Source: Patescibacteria group bacterium (lineage in GTDB: Bacteria; Patescibacteriota; Microgenomatia; UBA1400; 2-01-FULL-45-11). From it: a stretch of DNA of 41,675 nucleotides. The position numbers were made by a program, and so were the translations under genes. Location of the stretch: assembly GCA_042569595.1 (NCBI GenBank), contig JBHPHI010000004.1, positions 1-41,675 of the forward strand, read 5' to 3'. Shown piece after piece: positions 8,289-17,307 of this stretch. A model generated the notes under the pieces. That model ran no database searches. It was not told the origin of the DNA and was given only the letters and a program-made list of their open reading frames with translations. How positions within the stretch are numbered: the first letter of the stretch is position 1; the number at the start of each line of letters is the position of its first letter.

Positions 8289-10478
8289 CTAGACTAATTT
8301 TTTAATGCCTACCAGTTTTTTTTCAGCTTCAAGTGTGTAGTGCCTAAGCTGATCTATAAATGAGGGACTGCTTGTGATTCCCCAAGCGCCGTATTTTATT
8401 GAGCTTTCTATTGTATCTGGATGAATACTTAAATCTTCACCTGCAATAATAGTTTTTGTTTTGTGCTTGCTGGCCTTTTGTATGACTCTTTTTATTAATT
8501 CCTGAACAGAATCATCTCTTTCGTTGTATTGATTATCTAGTTCCGGTAAATTTCTATCTACTCCTAGAGTCAACATTGTTAAATCATTTACTCCAATTAC
8601 AAAACCATCTATTCCTGCTTCAATAAATTTTTCCGTACATAATGCAGCAGAGGGTGTTTCTATCATGGACCAAATCTGAAGGTCTGAAGATCTTTTAATC
8701 TCTAGATCAGCTAGAATTTTTTTGAAAAATATTAGCTCGTGGATAGTCCTAACAAAGGGAATAATAAGACGAATATTGTTGTTTTTTGACACATTAATTG
8801 CCTTGAAGACAGCACGAGACTCCAATTTGATAATTTCCTGATTATTTATGTGTTTTAAAGCTCCTCTATATCCAAAGCTTGAGTATTTTGTATTTTGATC
8901 GAATATGTAATCTGAAAATCGATAAAACAAAGGCTTGTTTTTGAGTTTGTTTGATAACTTGACTAAAGTGTTGGTTATGTTTTCTGAGTTGCTTTTTGAA
9001 TCTTTATTTTGATTGATTACAAACTCCCCTCGAACAAAACACACTCCATCTACATTGTTTGCATTGAAATTACCCAATCCGTCTTCAAATAAGCTTGTAA
9101 ATATTTTAGTTGCAGTTTTCTGAGGTGATTTTGATATTTTAACTGGTTTGACGTGAGTAGTTTTTGATGGTGTAGATCCATGATATAAAACTGATGACGA
9201 AGCATTCAATGTTACAACTGAACCATCTTTTATTTTCGGCAGTGCTTCTACTGATATAGAGGGAATTGCTAGCTCTTTTATATATATAGATTCTTTCTGG
9301 TGAGAGGAGGCGTTTTCCAATATACACCCAGAAATTTTAATTTTTGGTAGATCATATATTAAGTTTGAATATTTGATTCCTACAACGTCCCCATTTTTTA
9401 TTTTTTTGATATCTTCATTTTTAGAAATTTTTATATACCTTCCTGTTGTGAGTCCGTTGGAGATTTTTTCACCTGAAATAATTGTCTTCATGTTGGAGAA
9501 TATTGACGGCTTACTGCTTGGTTTTATAGGAACTATATTTTCGTTTTCATTTATATTTTGTGAGTCTATTATGTAAAAATTTCCATTTTCTTCTGCCCAC
9601 TCAATTTTCTGGGGAAAAAAGAGCTTTGCTTGAATTTTTTTAGATATTTTTGCTAACTTTATGATATTTTCATCTGATAATTTTTGAGAGTTTTGTTTTT
9701 TTGAATTCACATTTTTTTCTTCTATTCCTGAAAGCTCCCTTTTTAGTTGAGTCCTTTGATCCGTTACTTGCTTGCTAATTATTTCAAGTGAGTCTCTATT
9801 TATGTGATATTGGTCGGGGTAATAATCTTTGATGTATTTGTCTTTAATTCCCCATACTGAGTGAATTGTTAATTGATTTTTAGTTAATAGCCCCGGTGTT
9901 TGAGTGTAAGCAACCCCCGAAGTATTTGCCCCAATCATTTGCTCAACTATTACAGAAATCTTTAATTCTTTAACGTTTATGTTTTTTTGATGTATTTTGC
10001 TAATTAGTTTGTGATTGAATATAGAAGCCCAAACCTTACGAACAGCTTCCTGCAGGTTTGTTTCTCCAACCACGTTCAAGATTGGCTCTTGGTGTCCAAT
10101 TGAGTCTTTGTTGATAGAAAAATCGCCTCTAACTGCAACATGATTGTCTGATTTCATAGAGTGGTATGCATTAATAAGTGTCAAAGCTATTTTTTTGGGA
10201 AACTCTGAAGATTTTATTAGTAAAGAAATTCTTTTTGAGGCGATGTCTAGGTCTGATGGATTGAAAATATCTATGTTTTTGATCTGGTGTTGGATTTTGT
10301 CAATTAAGTAGTTTTTTTCAACAAACTCAGAAAATACTTTTGGAGTAACCACAAATCCTTTTGGGACTCTAAATTTAGCTTGAGATAATGTAGACAGCAC
10401 CACACCTTTTCGGCCTAAATGCTTTTTGTTTTCTTCTGAAATATCTTTAAACCACAACAAATATTTCTGCGTGTTCAT
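8289..10478 (-). CDS. PEP synthase / pyruvate,water dikinase-like protein, degenerate
   Basis: Three-domain PpsA layout (VPKGFVVT, VRKVWASIF, IEWA; central KELAIP; IPFVRT, MIETP, IGVNDLT). Catalytic motifs are altered. Confidence 0.85.
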   Translation of the reverse strand: MNTQKYLLWFKDISEENKKHLGRKGVVLSTLSQAKFRVPKGFVVTPKVFSEFVEKNYLIDKIQHQIKNIDIFNPSDLDIASKRISLLIKSSEFPKKIALTLINAYHSMKSDNHVAVRGDFSINKDSIGHQEPILNVVGETNLQEAVRKVWASIFNHKLISKIHQKNINVKELKISVIVEQMIGANTSGVAYTQTPGLLTKNQLTIHSVWGIKDKYIKDYYPDQYHINRDSLEIISKQVTDQRTQLKRELSGIEEKNVNSKKQNSQKLSDENIIKLAKISKKIQAKLFFPQKIEWAEENGNFYIIDSQNINENENIVPIKPSSKPSIFSNMKTIISGEKISNGLTTGRYIKISKNEDIKKIKNGDVVGIKYSNLIYDLPKIKISGCILENASSHQKESIYIKELAIPSISVEALPKIKDGSVVTLNASSSVLYHGSTPSKTTHVKPVKISKSPQKTATKIFTSLFEDGLGNFNANNVDGVCFVRGEFVINQNKDSKSNSENITNTLVKLSNKLKNKPLFYRFSDYIFDQNTKYSSFGYRGALKHINNQEIIKLESRAVFKAINVSKNNNIRLIIPFVRTIHELIFFKKILADLEIKRSSDLQIWSMIETPSAALCTEKFIEAGIDGFVIGVNDLTMLTLGVDRNLPELDNQYNERDDSVQELIKRVIQKASKHKTKTIIAGEDLSIHPDTIESSIKYGAWGITSSPSFIDQLRHYTLEAEKKLVGIKKLV

Positions 10479-10545
10479 GGGCAGGCTCCTTATGAGGTAA
10501 GAATAACAAAAAAATCCACTTCTTACTACTAGATAAGAATATATT

Positions 10546-11478
10546 TTAGATATTTGTTCCCGGAACTATCACCTCAAATGTTTGCTTTTTTCCGTACGCT
10601 TTTGGACCATAATCTAAACAAAAACTTTCAATGTTTTCTTTAAAGTAGGGGTTTTTAACGGATTGAATTTTCCCAACTATGTAATATGCAAGAGAGATTA
10701 TCAAGCCATAATCAGCTGATCTTGGCAGAGATATATCCCACCTGTGATCTTTGTGACCAAAATGAACATTTTTGTCTCCGATAGTGATGACTAGCTCCTT
10801 TTTCCATGGATGAACAAACCCTGCGTGCCTAGCGTGTCCAAAAGTGAAGGCCCTGAGCGCCATATGGGGTCCAAAGAGCTCATTTCTTTTGATTTCCACC
10901 ATTGGACCAACCTGGCCATGTTTGTCAGGAAAGATAAAAGCATAACTCTCATATTCTCCGAATTTTTTTGGAAACTTTAAATTTTTTGAAAAATCTAATA
11001 TTTCTTTTGCAGATTCTTTTGTTTTTCCCAGAATCATGCCCATGTAAGTTGAGTAATTGTAGGTGTATGGTTCTGAAATTTTTTGGTATACCAGTGTTTG
11101 GTCAGCGATTTCTGATGCCGAAGAGTCTTGTGTGCAAGTTAATAAGAGAGTGTTTAGTCCCATTTCTTTTGCTGCTTCGACTTCCCAGACAGAGTCTTTT
11201 TCTCCTGATGCAGAGATAATTACTGCTTGGTCAATTAGCCCCTGAGAGACAACAGCTCGATAAGCTTCCAGATTTTTTTTGAAGTTGCTTTCGTCAGAAA
11301 AAATAGCTGCCTGATTTGCAAAAAGTATTTTTCCTGTGTTGAGAGCATTTCCACTACCAGTAACAAAAATTATTTTCGAATCATCTATGTTTAATTCTGG
11401 ATAGTTAGAATTTGATATAAACTCTAAAGCTTCAACGACTGTTTCATTTAAGTTTGGAATTTTCATTTCTTCCTCCAA
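10546..11478 (-). CDS. SIS-domain (sugar isomerase fold) protein
   Basis: VTGSGNA, IISASGEK, LLLTC phosphosugar-binding pattern. Sugar-operon context. Confidence 0.65.
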   Translation of the reverse strand: MEEEMKIPNLNETVVEALEFISNSNYPELNIDDSKIIFVTGSGNALNTGKILFANQAAIFSDESNFKKNLEAYRAVVSQGLIDQAVIISASGEKDSVWEVEAAKEMGLNTLLLTCTQDSSASEIADQTLVYQKISEPYTYNYSTYMGMILGKTKESAKEILDFSKNLKFPKKFGEYESYAFIFPDKHGQVGPMVEIKRNELFGPHMALRAFTFGHARHAGFVHPWKKELVITIGDKNVHFGHKDHRWDISLPRSADYGLIISLAYYIVGKIQSVKNPYFKENIESFCLDYGPKAYGKKQTFEVIVPGTNI

Positions 11479-11483
11479 TTGTT

Positions 11484-12653
11484 TTATAAGTGTGTTTTTA
11501 ATATAACAGTATCTTCATCAGGAATAATTTTGTACTTTCCTGTTGAGGCTGGAATAAATGCAGAGAAACCTTTTGTAAGAGTTAGTTGATTTTGATCTGA
11601 ATTGATTTGTATTTTTCCTTCTTTTACGAATAAGTGATGAAACGATTTGCTTGTGGTTGTGTGATTATTCGACATTTCTTCACTCAGCACCATTTTATCT
11701 AAAATGTAGTTTTTATTTATGAACAATCGTTCGACTAAGAAACTATTAGTTTTTTCAATTGTTATTGGAGACACTATGTGGGTTTTAAAATCGTTTGCTT
11801 CTTCTGATTTGTCTATGTGCTTAAAATAGTCATCTAATTGAATTGCTCTGATAGACCCATCGTCTTTAATTTTGCCTTTATCGAAACTCCTGATTGTACT
11901 TACAGGATCATATACATTTTTTTGCACCTCATAAACTATGTTTCCTTGTGGGTATTTTCCAGACTCTTCCCAAGAGTGGTGAACTCCACATTCAGACAAG
12001 TCAATTGCTTCCTCTTTTTTTGTTTCGATTAAATTTACATATTTCTCTGGATTATGTTTGCTAATAAAATCTTTCAAATCATTTCTTGCTTCATCAACTT
12101 TTTTTAAGCCTGACTTTATTTGACTACTCAGCTCTTTTGCGAAATTGTTTATCTTGAAGCATGTTTCTTGATAGTCATTCCAGTTAATATTTTTTTTGAC
12201 TCCTAAAGTAATAAGTCCTGGCTCAAGGTAGTACCATGATTCTGGTTTTGGTTGCCAATTTTTACTTTTCTTCTTTGCGTGAAGTTGATATGAGTTTCCT
12301 TTTGCCTGGGTAAATTTAATTAGAACTCCCATTTTTTCCCCATGTATTTTGATAGCTCTTTCTCCAAGAGTCTTAGCAGGGTCTTCATCTATCAGCTCCT
12401 GAATGTTTATTGGAAAACCATCACCAAAAGTTTTTGATATTCTTGGATTGTTGGGCACGCCGAACTCTATTGTTGGAGTATTTTCTGTAGAAGTTTTTTT
12501 CGAAAAGTTTGAGTGCTCATATAGTTCGTAAGACTGTCCTATTTTTTTATTTTGCAATTTTTCGTTTTTGAGTTGCTTGTATTTTGTAATATATTCACCC
12601 CCCCAAGTGGGTTGCTCTATAAGATTTGGAATGATAATGTATGGCTTTATCAT
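11484..12653 (-). CDS. Type I mannose-6-phosphate isomerase-like cupin protein
   Basis: PTWGG, IGQSYEL, LIKF....NSYQLH, KPESWY, HH..EVQ metal-ligand pattern; C-terminal cupin (KGFSAFIPA). Confidence 0.75.
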   Translation of the reverse strand: MIKPYIIIPNLIEQPTWGGEYITKYKQLKNEKLQNKKIGQSYELYEHSNFSKKTSTENTPTIEFGVPNNPRISKTFGDGFPINIQELIDEDPAKTLGERAIKIHGEKMGVLIKFTQAKGNSYQLHAKKKSKNWQPKPESWYYLEPGLITLGVKKNINWNDYQETCFKINNFAKELSSQIKSGLKKVDEARNDLKDFISKHNPEKYVNLIETKKEEAIDLSECGVHHSWEESGKYPQGNIVYEVQKNVYDPVSTIRSFDKGKIKDDGSIRAIQLDDYFKHIDKSEEANDFKTHIVSPITIEKTNSFLVERLFINKNYILDKMVLSEEMSNNHTTTSKSFHHLFVKEGKIQINSDQNQLTLTKGFSAFIPASTGKYKIIPDEDTVILKTHL

Positions 12654-13448
12654 CTATTTCCTAATTACTTTGTTTAACTGACTTACTAGCTCTTTGTGAA
12701 TTTTCCCGTTTGTTCCAATAGCAATACTTTTGTAGTTGTTGAAAGAGATTTCTTGATTGTTTAAATCGCTAACTTTTCCACCAGCTTCTTTAAGGATTAA
12801 AATTCCTGGGGCAATATCCCACCATTTGGTAGGAGTGAATATGGAAAAATGACCTTCATAACCACCTTTTGCCACCCAACAGTAGCTCATATTGTGGTTG
12901 GCATGACCTCTCACCCTATACAACAACTCAAAAATAGGAGCTAACCAAACAACTTGCTTTGCCTCTTTTGGCAAATATGTAAACAGCATCGAATGATCCA
13001 ACCTTTGCTCAGAGGAAACTGATATGCGCTTTCCGTTCAGTGTTGCGCCATTTTTTAGTGAAGCACTATAGAGCTCATCAAGTTCTGGGTCGTAAATTGC
13101 AGACACTATTGGAACTCCATTTTTTTGCAATACTACGGCGGAACAATATAACGGAATTTCTCTTATGTATTCTTTTGTTCCATCGAGTGGATCTATAACC
13201 CAGGTAAAGTCTGATCCCTTTCTTATTTCTCCAACTTCTTCGGAAAGTATGTTGTGCTTTGGAAAGTTTTTTTCAATTATTTGTATTACTTTTTTTTCAA
13301 TCTTTATGTCTACGTCAGTTACAATATCCTCCTTGTCTTTGTAGGCCTTAATTGAAAACTTACCCTTAGATTCAACAAGTATCTTTCCTGCTTCTTTTAC
13401 GACTTCCTCTGCTGTGGATCTAGCTTTTTTTAGATTATTCAAGGGCAT
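12654..13448 (-). CDS. Inositol monophosphatase family protein (SuhB-like)
   Basis: VTDVD, ILSEE, WVIDPLDGT, WDIAPG. Confidence 0.9.
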   Translation of the reverse strand: MPLNNLKKARSTAEEVVKEAGKILVESKGKFSIKAYKDKEDIVTDVDIKIEKKVIQIIEKNFPKHNILSEEVGEIRKGSDFTWVIDPLDGTKEYIREIPLYCSAVVLQKNGVPIVSAIYDPELDELYSASLKNGATLNGKRISVSSEQRLDHSMLFTYLPKEAKQVVWLAPIFELLYRVRGHANHNMSYCWVAKGGYEGHFSIFTPTKWWDIAPGILILKEAGGKVSDLNNQEISFNNYKSIAIGTNGKIHKELVSQLNKVIRK

Positions 13449-14859
13449 GCGTATTAACTGCTATTGGATCATCAAATTTTATCTGAGGGTATTTTTTCAG
13501 AATATCTCGAACTTGGGTTTTGACCAAATCATAGTCTTGCTTATTTTTTGCCTCAAATTTTATTCCAACATAAGGCCCATTCTGAGAGGCCCTAACAATA
13601 GCCATTCTGTCTGGAAGGTCCATTCTTACGCCATCGATATTGATGAATTCTGCTTTAGGCCAGGTTTTTTTGAAGTCATCAGTTATTTCATTGGCAATCA
13701 ACTGGAACTTTATGTCATCGGCAAGACCAAGTTTTATTTCAGGACTTGAGTAGTATTGAGAAAGCTTTGAAACGGCCTCTGATAAGGACTGCTCAGTCCT
13801 TTCTAAGTACTGCAATAGTCTTATAGATGCATATGCACCATCATCGTGACCATAAAAGTTGTCAAAGAAAAATATATGACCTGAAAGTTCTCCACCAAAT
13901 GGTGCTTTTTCTTGTTTGATTCGAGCTTTAATGAAAGAGTGTCCAGTCATTTCCATGACTGGTTTTCCGCCAGCTTTTTCTATTGCTTCTGTAACTTGTC
14001 TTGAGCAAAAAGTGTTGTACACAATTGGAGCTCCAGGCATGTAGTCTAAAATGTCTTGAGCAAAAAGGGCGACGGCAGTATCCATGTACAATACCTCTCC
14101 TTTTTCATTTACTACTGCCATTCTGTCGCCGTCAGTGTCATATGCAAAGCCAATGTCAGCGTTTGCTTTTTTTACTCCTTCTGCCAACCTTTCTAGAACT
14201 TCTACTTCTGTGGGATCTGGAACTCCTAAAGGAAAGCTTCCATCAAGCTCTGTGTTTTGTTCGATTACTTCGCAACCAGCGCCTCTTAATATTTCTGGGT
14301 AAAACATTCCAGATGTGGTGTTGCAGGCGTCGATGACAACCTTCCATTTTTTCTTTAAACTAAAGTGTTTTAGCACGTCTTCTTTGTAGTCTGGGAATAT
14401 GTCGATTTCGGTATTTTTGCCAGAACCTTTTGAAAACTTTTTTGAATCTACTAGGTCACGAAATGCGATGATTTCATCTGTAACCATAGTTTCTGAATAC
14501 CCAGTGCCTAGCTTCAAGCCGTTGTATTCTTTTGGGTTGTGAGAGGCTGTGAGCATGGCTGTGCCTTTGGTTTTGAAGTGGTATGAAGAAAAGTAAACAA
14601 TCTGGCTTAGTGAAAGACCAATATTATAGGTATCAACACCACCGTCGTTTAGCCCTTTTATAAAAGCATTTGAATATAATTCTCCTGTTAATCTATTGTC
14701 TCGTCCAACAACACATTCTTTTATTCTTCTTTCAGAAAGATATGTTGCATATCCCCTACCTAGAGTGTAGTAAACGTCTTCTGAAAGATCTTTGTCTGCC
14801 ACCCCTCTTATGTCATACCCTCTAAATATGTGCGGATTTATTCCTGAGACTATTTTCAT
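13435..14859 (-). CDS. Phosphomannomutase/phosphoglucomutase
   Basis: IFRGYDIRG, TASHNP (phospho-Ser), DTDGDR, GELSGH, DGVR, RASQ. Confidence 0.95.
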   Translation of the reverse strand: MKIVSGINPHIFRGYDIRGVADKDLSEDVYYTLGRGYATYLSERRIKECVVGRDNRLTGELYSNAFIKGLNDGGVDTYNIGLSLSQIVYFSSYHFKTKGTAMLTASHNPKEYNGLKLGTGYSETMVTDEIIAFRDLVDSKKFSKGSGKNTEIDIFPDYKEDVLKHFSLKKKWKVVIDACNTTSGMFYPEILRGAGCEVIEQNTELDGSFPLGVPDPTEVEVLERLAEGVKKANADIGFAYDTDGDRMAVVNEKGEVLYMDTAVALFAQDILDYMPGAPIVYNTFCSRQVTEAIEKAGGKPVMEMTGHSFIKARIKQEKAPFGGELSGHIFFFDNFYGHDDGAYASIRLLQYLERTEQSLSEAVSKLSQYYSSPEIKLGLADDIKFQLIANEITDDFKKTWPKAEFINIDGVRMDLPDRMAIVRASQNGPYVGIKFEAKNKQDYDLVKTQVRDILKKYPQIKFDDPIAVNTHALE

Positions 14860-14880
14860 AAAAAATACTCCTTATATTTC

Positions 14881-14897
14881 TTCATACTTTTTCATAC
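14881..14897. promoter_or_regulatory. Candidate operator, second copy of TTCATACTTTTTCATAC
   Basis: 17/17 identical to 6968-6984. Lies 22-38 bp upstream of the PMM/PGM start. Confidence 0.7.
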
Positions 14898-14902
14898 ATT
14901 AC

Positions 14903-14931
14903 ATATTACATCCTAGCCAGAAGTAGTTCAA
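14903..14931 (-). promoter_or_regulatory. Predicted sigma70 promoter of the PMM-IMPase-PMI-SIS operon
   Basis: Minus strand TTGAAC (14931-14926), 17 bp, TAATAT (14908-14903). Confidence 0.55.
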
Positions 14932-15580
14932 GTTCGCCTCTTAAGCCAAGGATTGTTTTTCCAGTTTTAATTTTCTCATCAATTTCTAATAAATTTTGAT
15001 GAATTTTGACTACTTTATTTTGACCTATTTTTTTCAACTGATGTTTTAGCTTGTTTTTTTGCCATGGAGGAATTTTTGCTGAACTATTTTCAACTTGCAA
15101 AAGAAGCCTGACTTGCCTTGCGATCATGAAAAAAATTGATTCTGGAGAATCTATGTTGATGCATTCCTGATAGAAACTGATTACTCTTTTTTTGTCTTCC
15201 CCAAGGGTATCTAAAAATTTAAAGATAACACTTGAAGTTTTAAACTCTTGATCCGTTGAGTTTTTGAATGGTTTAAGTTGGGTTTTTGAGAGTTTTTTTG
15301 ACTCCCATAGTAAAATCTCATCCTTTTTTGCTGTAGATAAGTATTTGACAATTTCATCTTTTTGCTTAGATTTTGGCCTGGCAATGAGGCCTTCGATGAT
15401 CGTTAAGCGATCCGAACCAAATAAACTTTGCGACTCCAAAGATTGTTTTATTTCTTCGACTCTAACTTTTTTGCCATTTACCCTGGTGATGTCTTTTATT
15501 CCCTTAGCTTTAAATTCATCTATCTTAGAGTTTAATAAATTTCTTGATCCGACAATATTTTCGCCATGAATAATTAGCAT
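14906..15580 (-). CDS. holA: DNA polymerase III delta subunit-like (short form)
   Basis: IIHGEN, SLFG..RL.IIE, IFKFLD, D..IKTG.......LELL pattern. Only 224 aa. Confidence 0.7.
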   Translation of the reverse strand: MLIIHGENIVGSRNLLNSKIDEFKAKGIKDITRVNGKKVRVEEIKQSLESQSLFGSDRLTIIEGLIARPKSKQKDEIVKYLSTAKKDEILLWESKKLSKTQLKPFKNSTDQEFKTSSVIFKFLDTLGEDKKRVISFYQECINIDSPESIFFMIARQVRLLLQVENSSAKIPPWQKNKLKHQLKKIGQNKVVKIHQNLLEIDEKIKTGKTILGLRGELELLLARM

Positions 15581-15996
15581 TGTTTTGAAAAAAGCTTATT
15601 AATAAATCCTTTGCCAGTTTTCTTTTTGTATTCTTTGAATAGTTTGTTTACAAGAGTGTGATGCACCTGATGCCTTCTTCCTGCTCCTCTATGAGGAACT
15701 AAGGCCCCTGAAAAGCTTTTTGGGATGTGCATGAGCTCGTGAATAAGAACTTTTAGTTGCTCGTCTTCGTTTAGGTGATCGAAATGATGAGAAATAACCT
15801 CTATAACATAGTGGGCCTTTATATTTAGAGCTAATTGCCAAATTCTTGGCATGCTCCAAATTCTAGCTCTGGCATTAGCTTTGCTTCCCTCTGATCTGAA
15901 GGCGATAATCCTGTTTCTATCAATATGTGGAAATTCAATATTATCTAATAAATGATTGAGTTTTTTTTGAATGTCTGGTGCTTTTTGGAAATTCAT
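15574..15996 (-). CDS. Putative zinc metallopeptidase
   Basis: HELMH (HExxH) after YVIEV...FD.L, followed by HIP..FSG.L..H. Confidence 0.7.
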   Translation of the reverse strand: MNFQKAPDIQKKLNHLLDNIEFPHIDRNRIIAFRSEGSKANARARIWSMPRIWQLALNIKAHYVIEVISHHFDHLNEDEQLKVLIHELMHIPKSFSGALVPHRGAGRRHQVHHTLVNKLFKEYKKKTGKGFINKLFSKQC

Positions 15997-16052
15997 AGAT
16001 TCAACTTATCATACACAAGACTTGGCAACAAGGGAAAACAACGTCTTTTTAT

Positions 16053-16068
16053 TTGGGTTTATTTTGGG
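16053..16068 (+). promoter_or_regulatory. Candidate LexA operator upstream of dinB
   Basis: TTGGG-TTTATT-TTGGG with the same spacer as the lexA site. Additional TTCGG at 16087-16091. Confidence 0.5.
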
Positions 16069-16098
16069 TAATATGAATTTATTATATTCGGGTTAATT

Positions 16099-17307
16099 AT
16101 GGCTAGAATAATTATACATATCGATTTAAATTCTTGTTTTGCGACATGTGAGCAGCAAGATAATCCAAAGTGGAGAAATAAACCTTTGGGAGTAGTCCAA
16201 GATAGTGGGAAAAGAAGTGTGATTATCGCCTCTTCCATAGAAGCTAAGGTTCTGGGCATCGGAACAGGACATAAGGTTTGGGAGGCTCAACAAAAATGCC
16301 CTGAAATAATTTTGGTCCCTGCCAGATTTGATAAATACGTTGATTATGCTCGAAAATTTCGCAAAGTTTGCAAAGAATACTCCTATCTTGTTGAAGTTTT
16401 TAGTATTGATGAGCTTTTTATAGATGCTACTAAAACGGCACACGTTTTTGGTGGCGTGAAAAAGATAGCTTATTTGATCAAAAAAAGGCTACGAGAAGAA
16501 GTGGGAGACTATCTGAAGTGCAGTGTGGGGGTTGCCCCAAATAAAATGCTTGCTAAGCTGGCTTCTGGATCTGAAAAGCCGGACGGGCTAGTAATAGTCC
16601 CTGAAAAAAACAAGTTGGATTTTTTAGATAAGCATCTAATTTGGCATATTTGTGGAATAGGACATAGGTTGGAAAAAAGATTTAATAAACTGGGGGTTTT
16701 CACAATAAAGCAACTTAGGCAAATTCCTGTAAAAAAGTTGAAAGAGAAGTTTGGCATCATGGGGCAGGTGTATGCTGACTGGGCGAACGGGATTGATCAT
16801 TCTTTGGTTCTACCATCTGGCGAAACTCCTCCTGATAAATCCTATGGGAATCAACTAACATTGGCCAACAATGTTGATGAAAAAGAGGCAAAAAGTGTGA
16901 TCTTGTGGCTTTGTTGGCAAGTAGCTTCGAGAATGCGAAAACATAAAATGGGAGGAAAAACTGTGTCTTTGTATGTGAGAAGAAAAGATAAAAGTGCTTA
17001 TGCTCAAAAATCAACATCTTTTGTTTGTTTTTCTGCTTGGGATATTTATAGATTATCTATTCATATACTCGATAAAAAACTCAATTGGAAAGGACAAGTA
17101 AGGTTTGTGGGAGTATCTATATCAAACCTAATTCCCCTGTCCCCGGCTACCCTACCTGCTTTATCAAAAGATTTGAAATGGCTAAAACTTTCTCAAGCAT
17201 GGGATGGTTTGAGTGAGAAATACTCACCCTTTTTTGTGCGACCAGCATCTTTGGTTGATATGGATTTAAAAAAGACTGAATTTAATGGATTTACAAAGAA
17301 GTTTTGA
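16099..17307 (+). CDS. dinB: Y-family DNA polymerase IV
   Basis: HIDLNSCFA, SIDE, SVGVAPNKMLAKLAS, KPDG, GIG, VRFVGV. Confidence 0.92.
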   Translation: MARIIIHIDLNSCFATCEQQDNPKWRNKPLGVVQDSGKRSVIIASSIEAKVLGIGTGHKVWEAQQKCPEIILVPARFDKYVDYARKFRKVCKEYSYLVEVFSIDELFIDATKTAHVFGGVKKIAYLIKKRLREEVGDYLKCSVGVAPNKMLAKLASGSEKPDGLVIVPEKNKLDFLDKHLIWHICGIGHRLEKRFNKLGVFTIKQLRQIPVKKLKEKFGIMGQVYADWANGIDHSLVLPSGETPPDKSYGNQLTLANNVDEKEAKSVILWLCWQVASRMRKHKMGGKTVSLYVRRKDKSAYAQKSTSFVCFSAWDIYRLSIHILDKKLNWKGQVRFVGVSISNLIPLSPATLPALSKDLKWLKLSQAWDGLSEKYSPFFVRPASLVDMDLKKTEFNGFTKKF

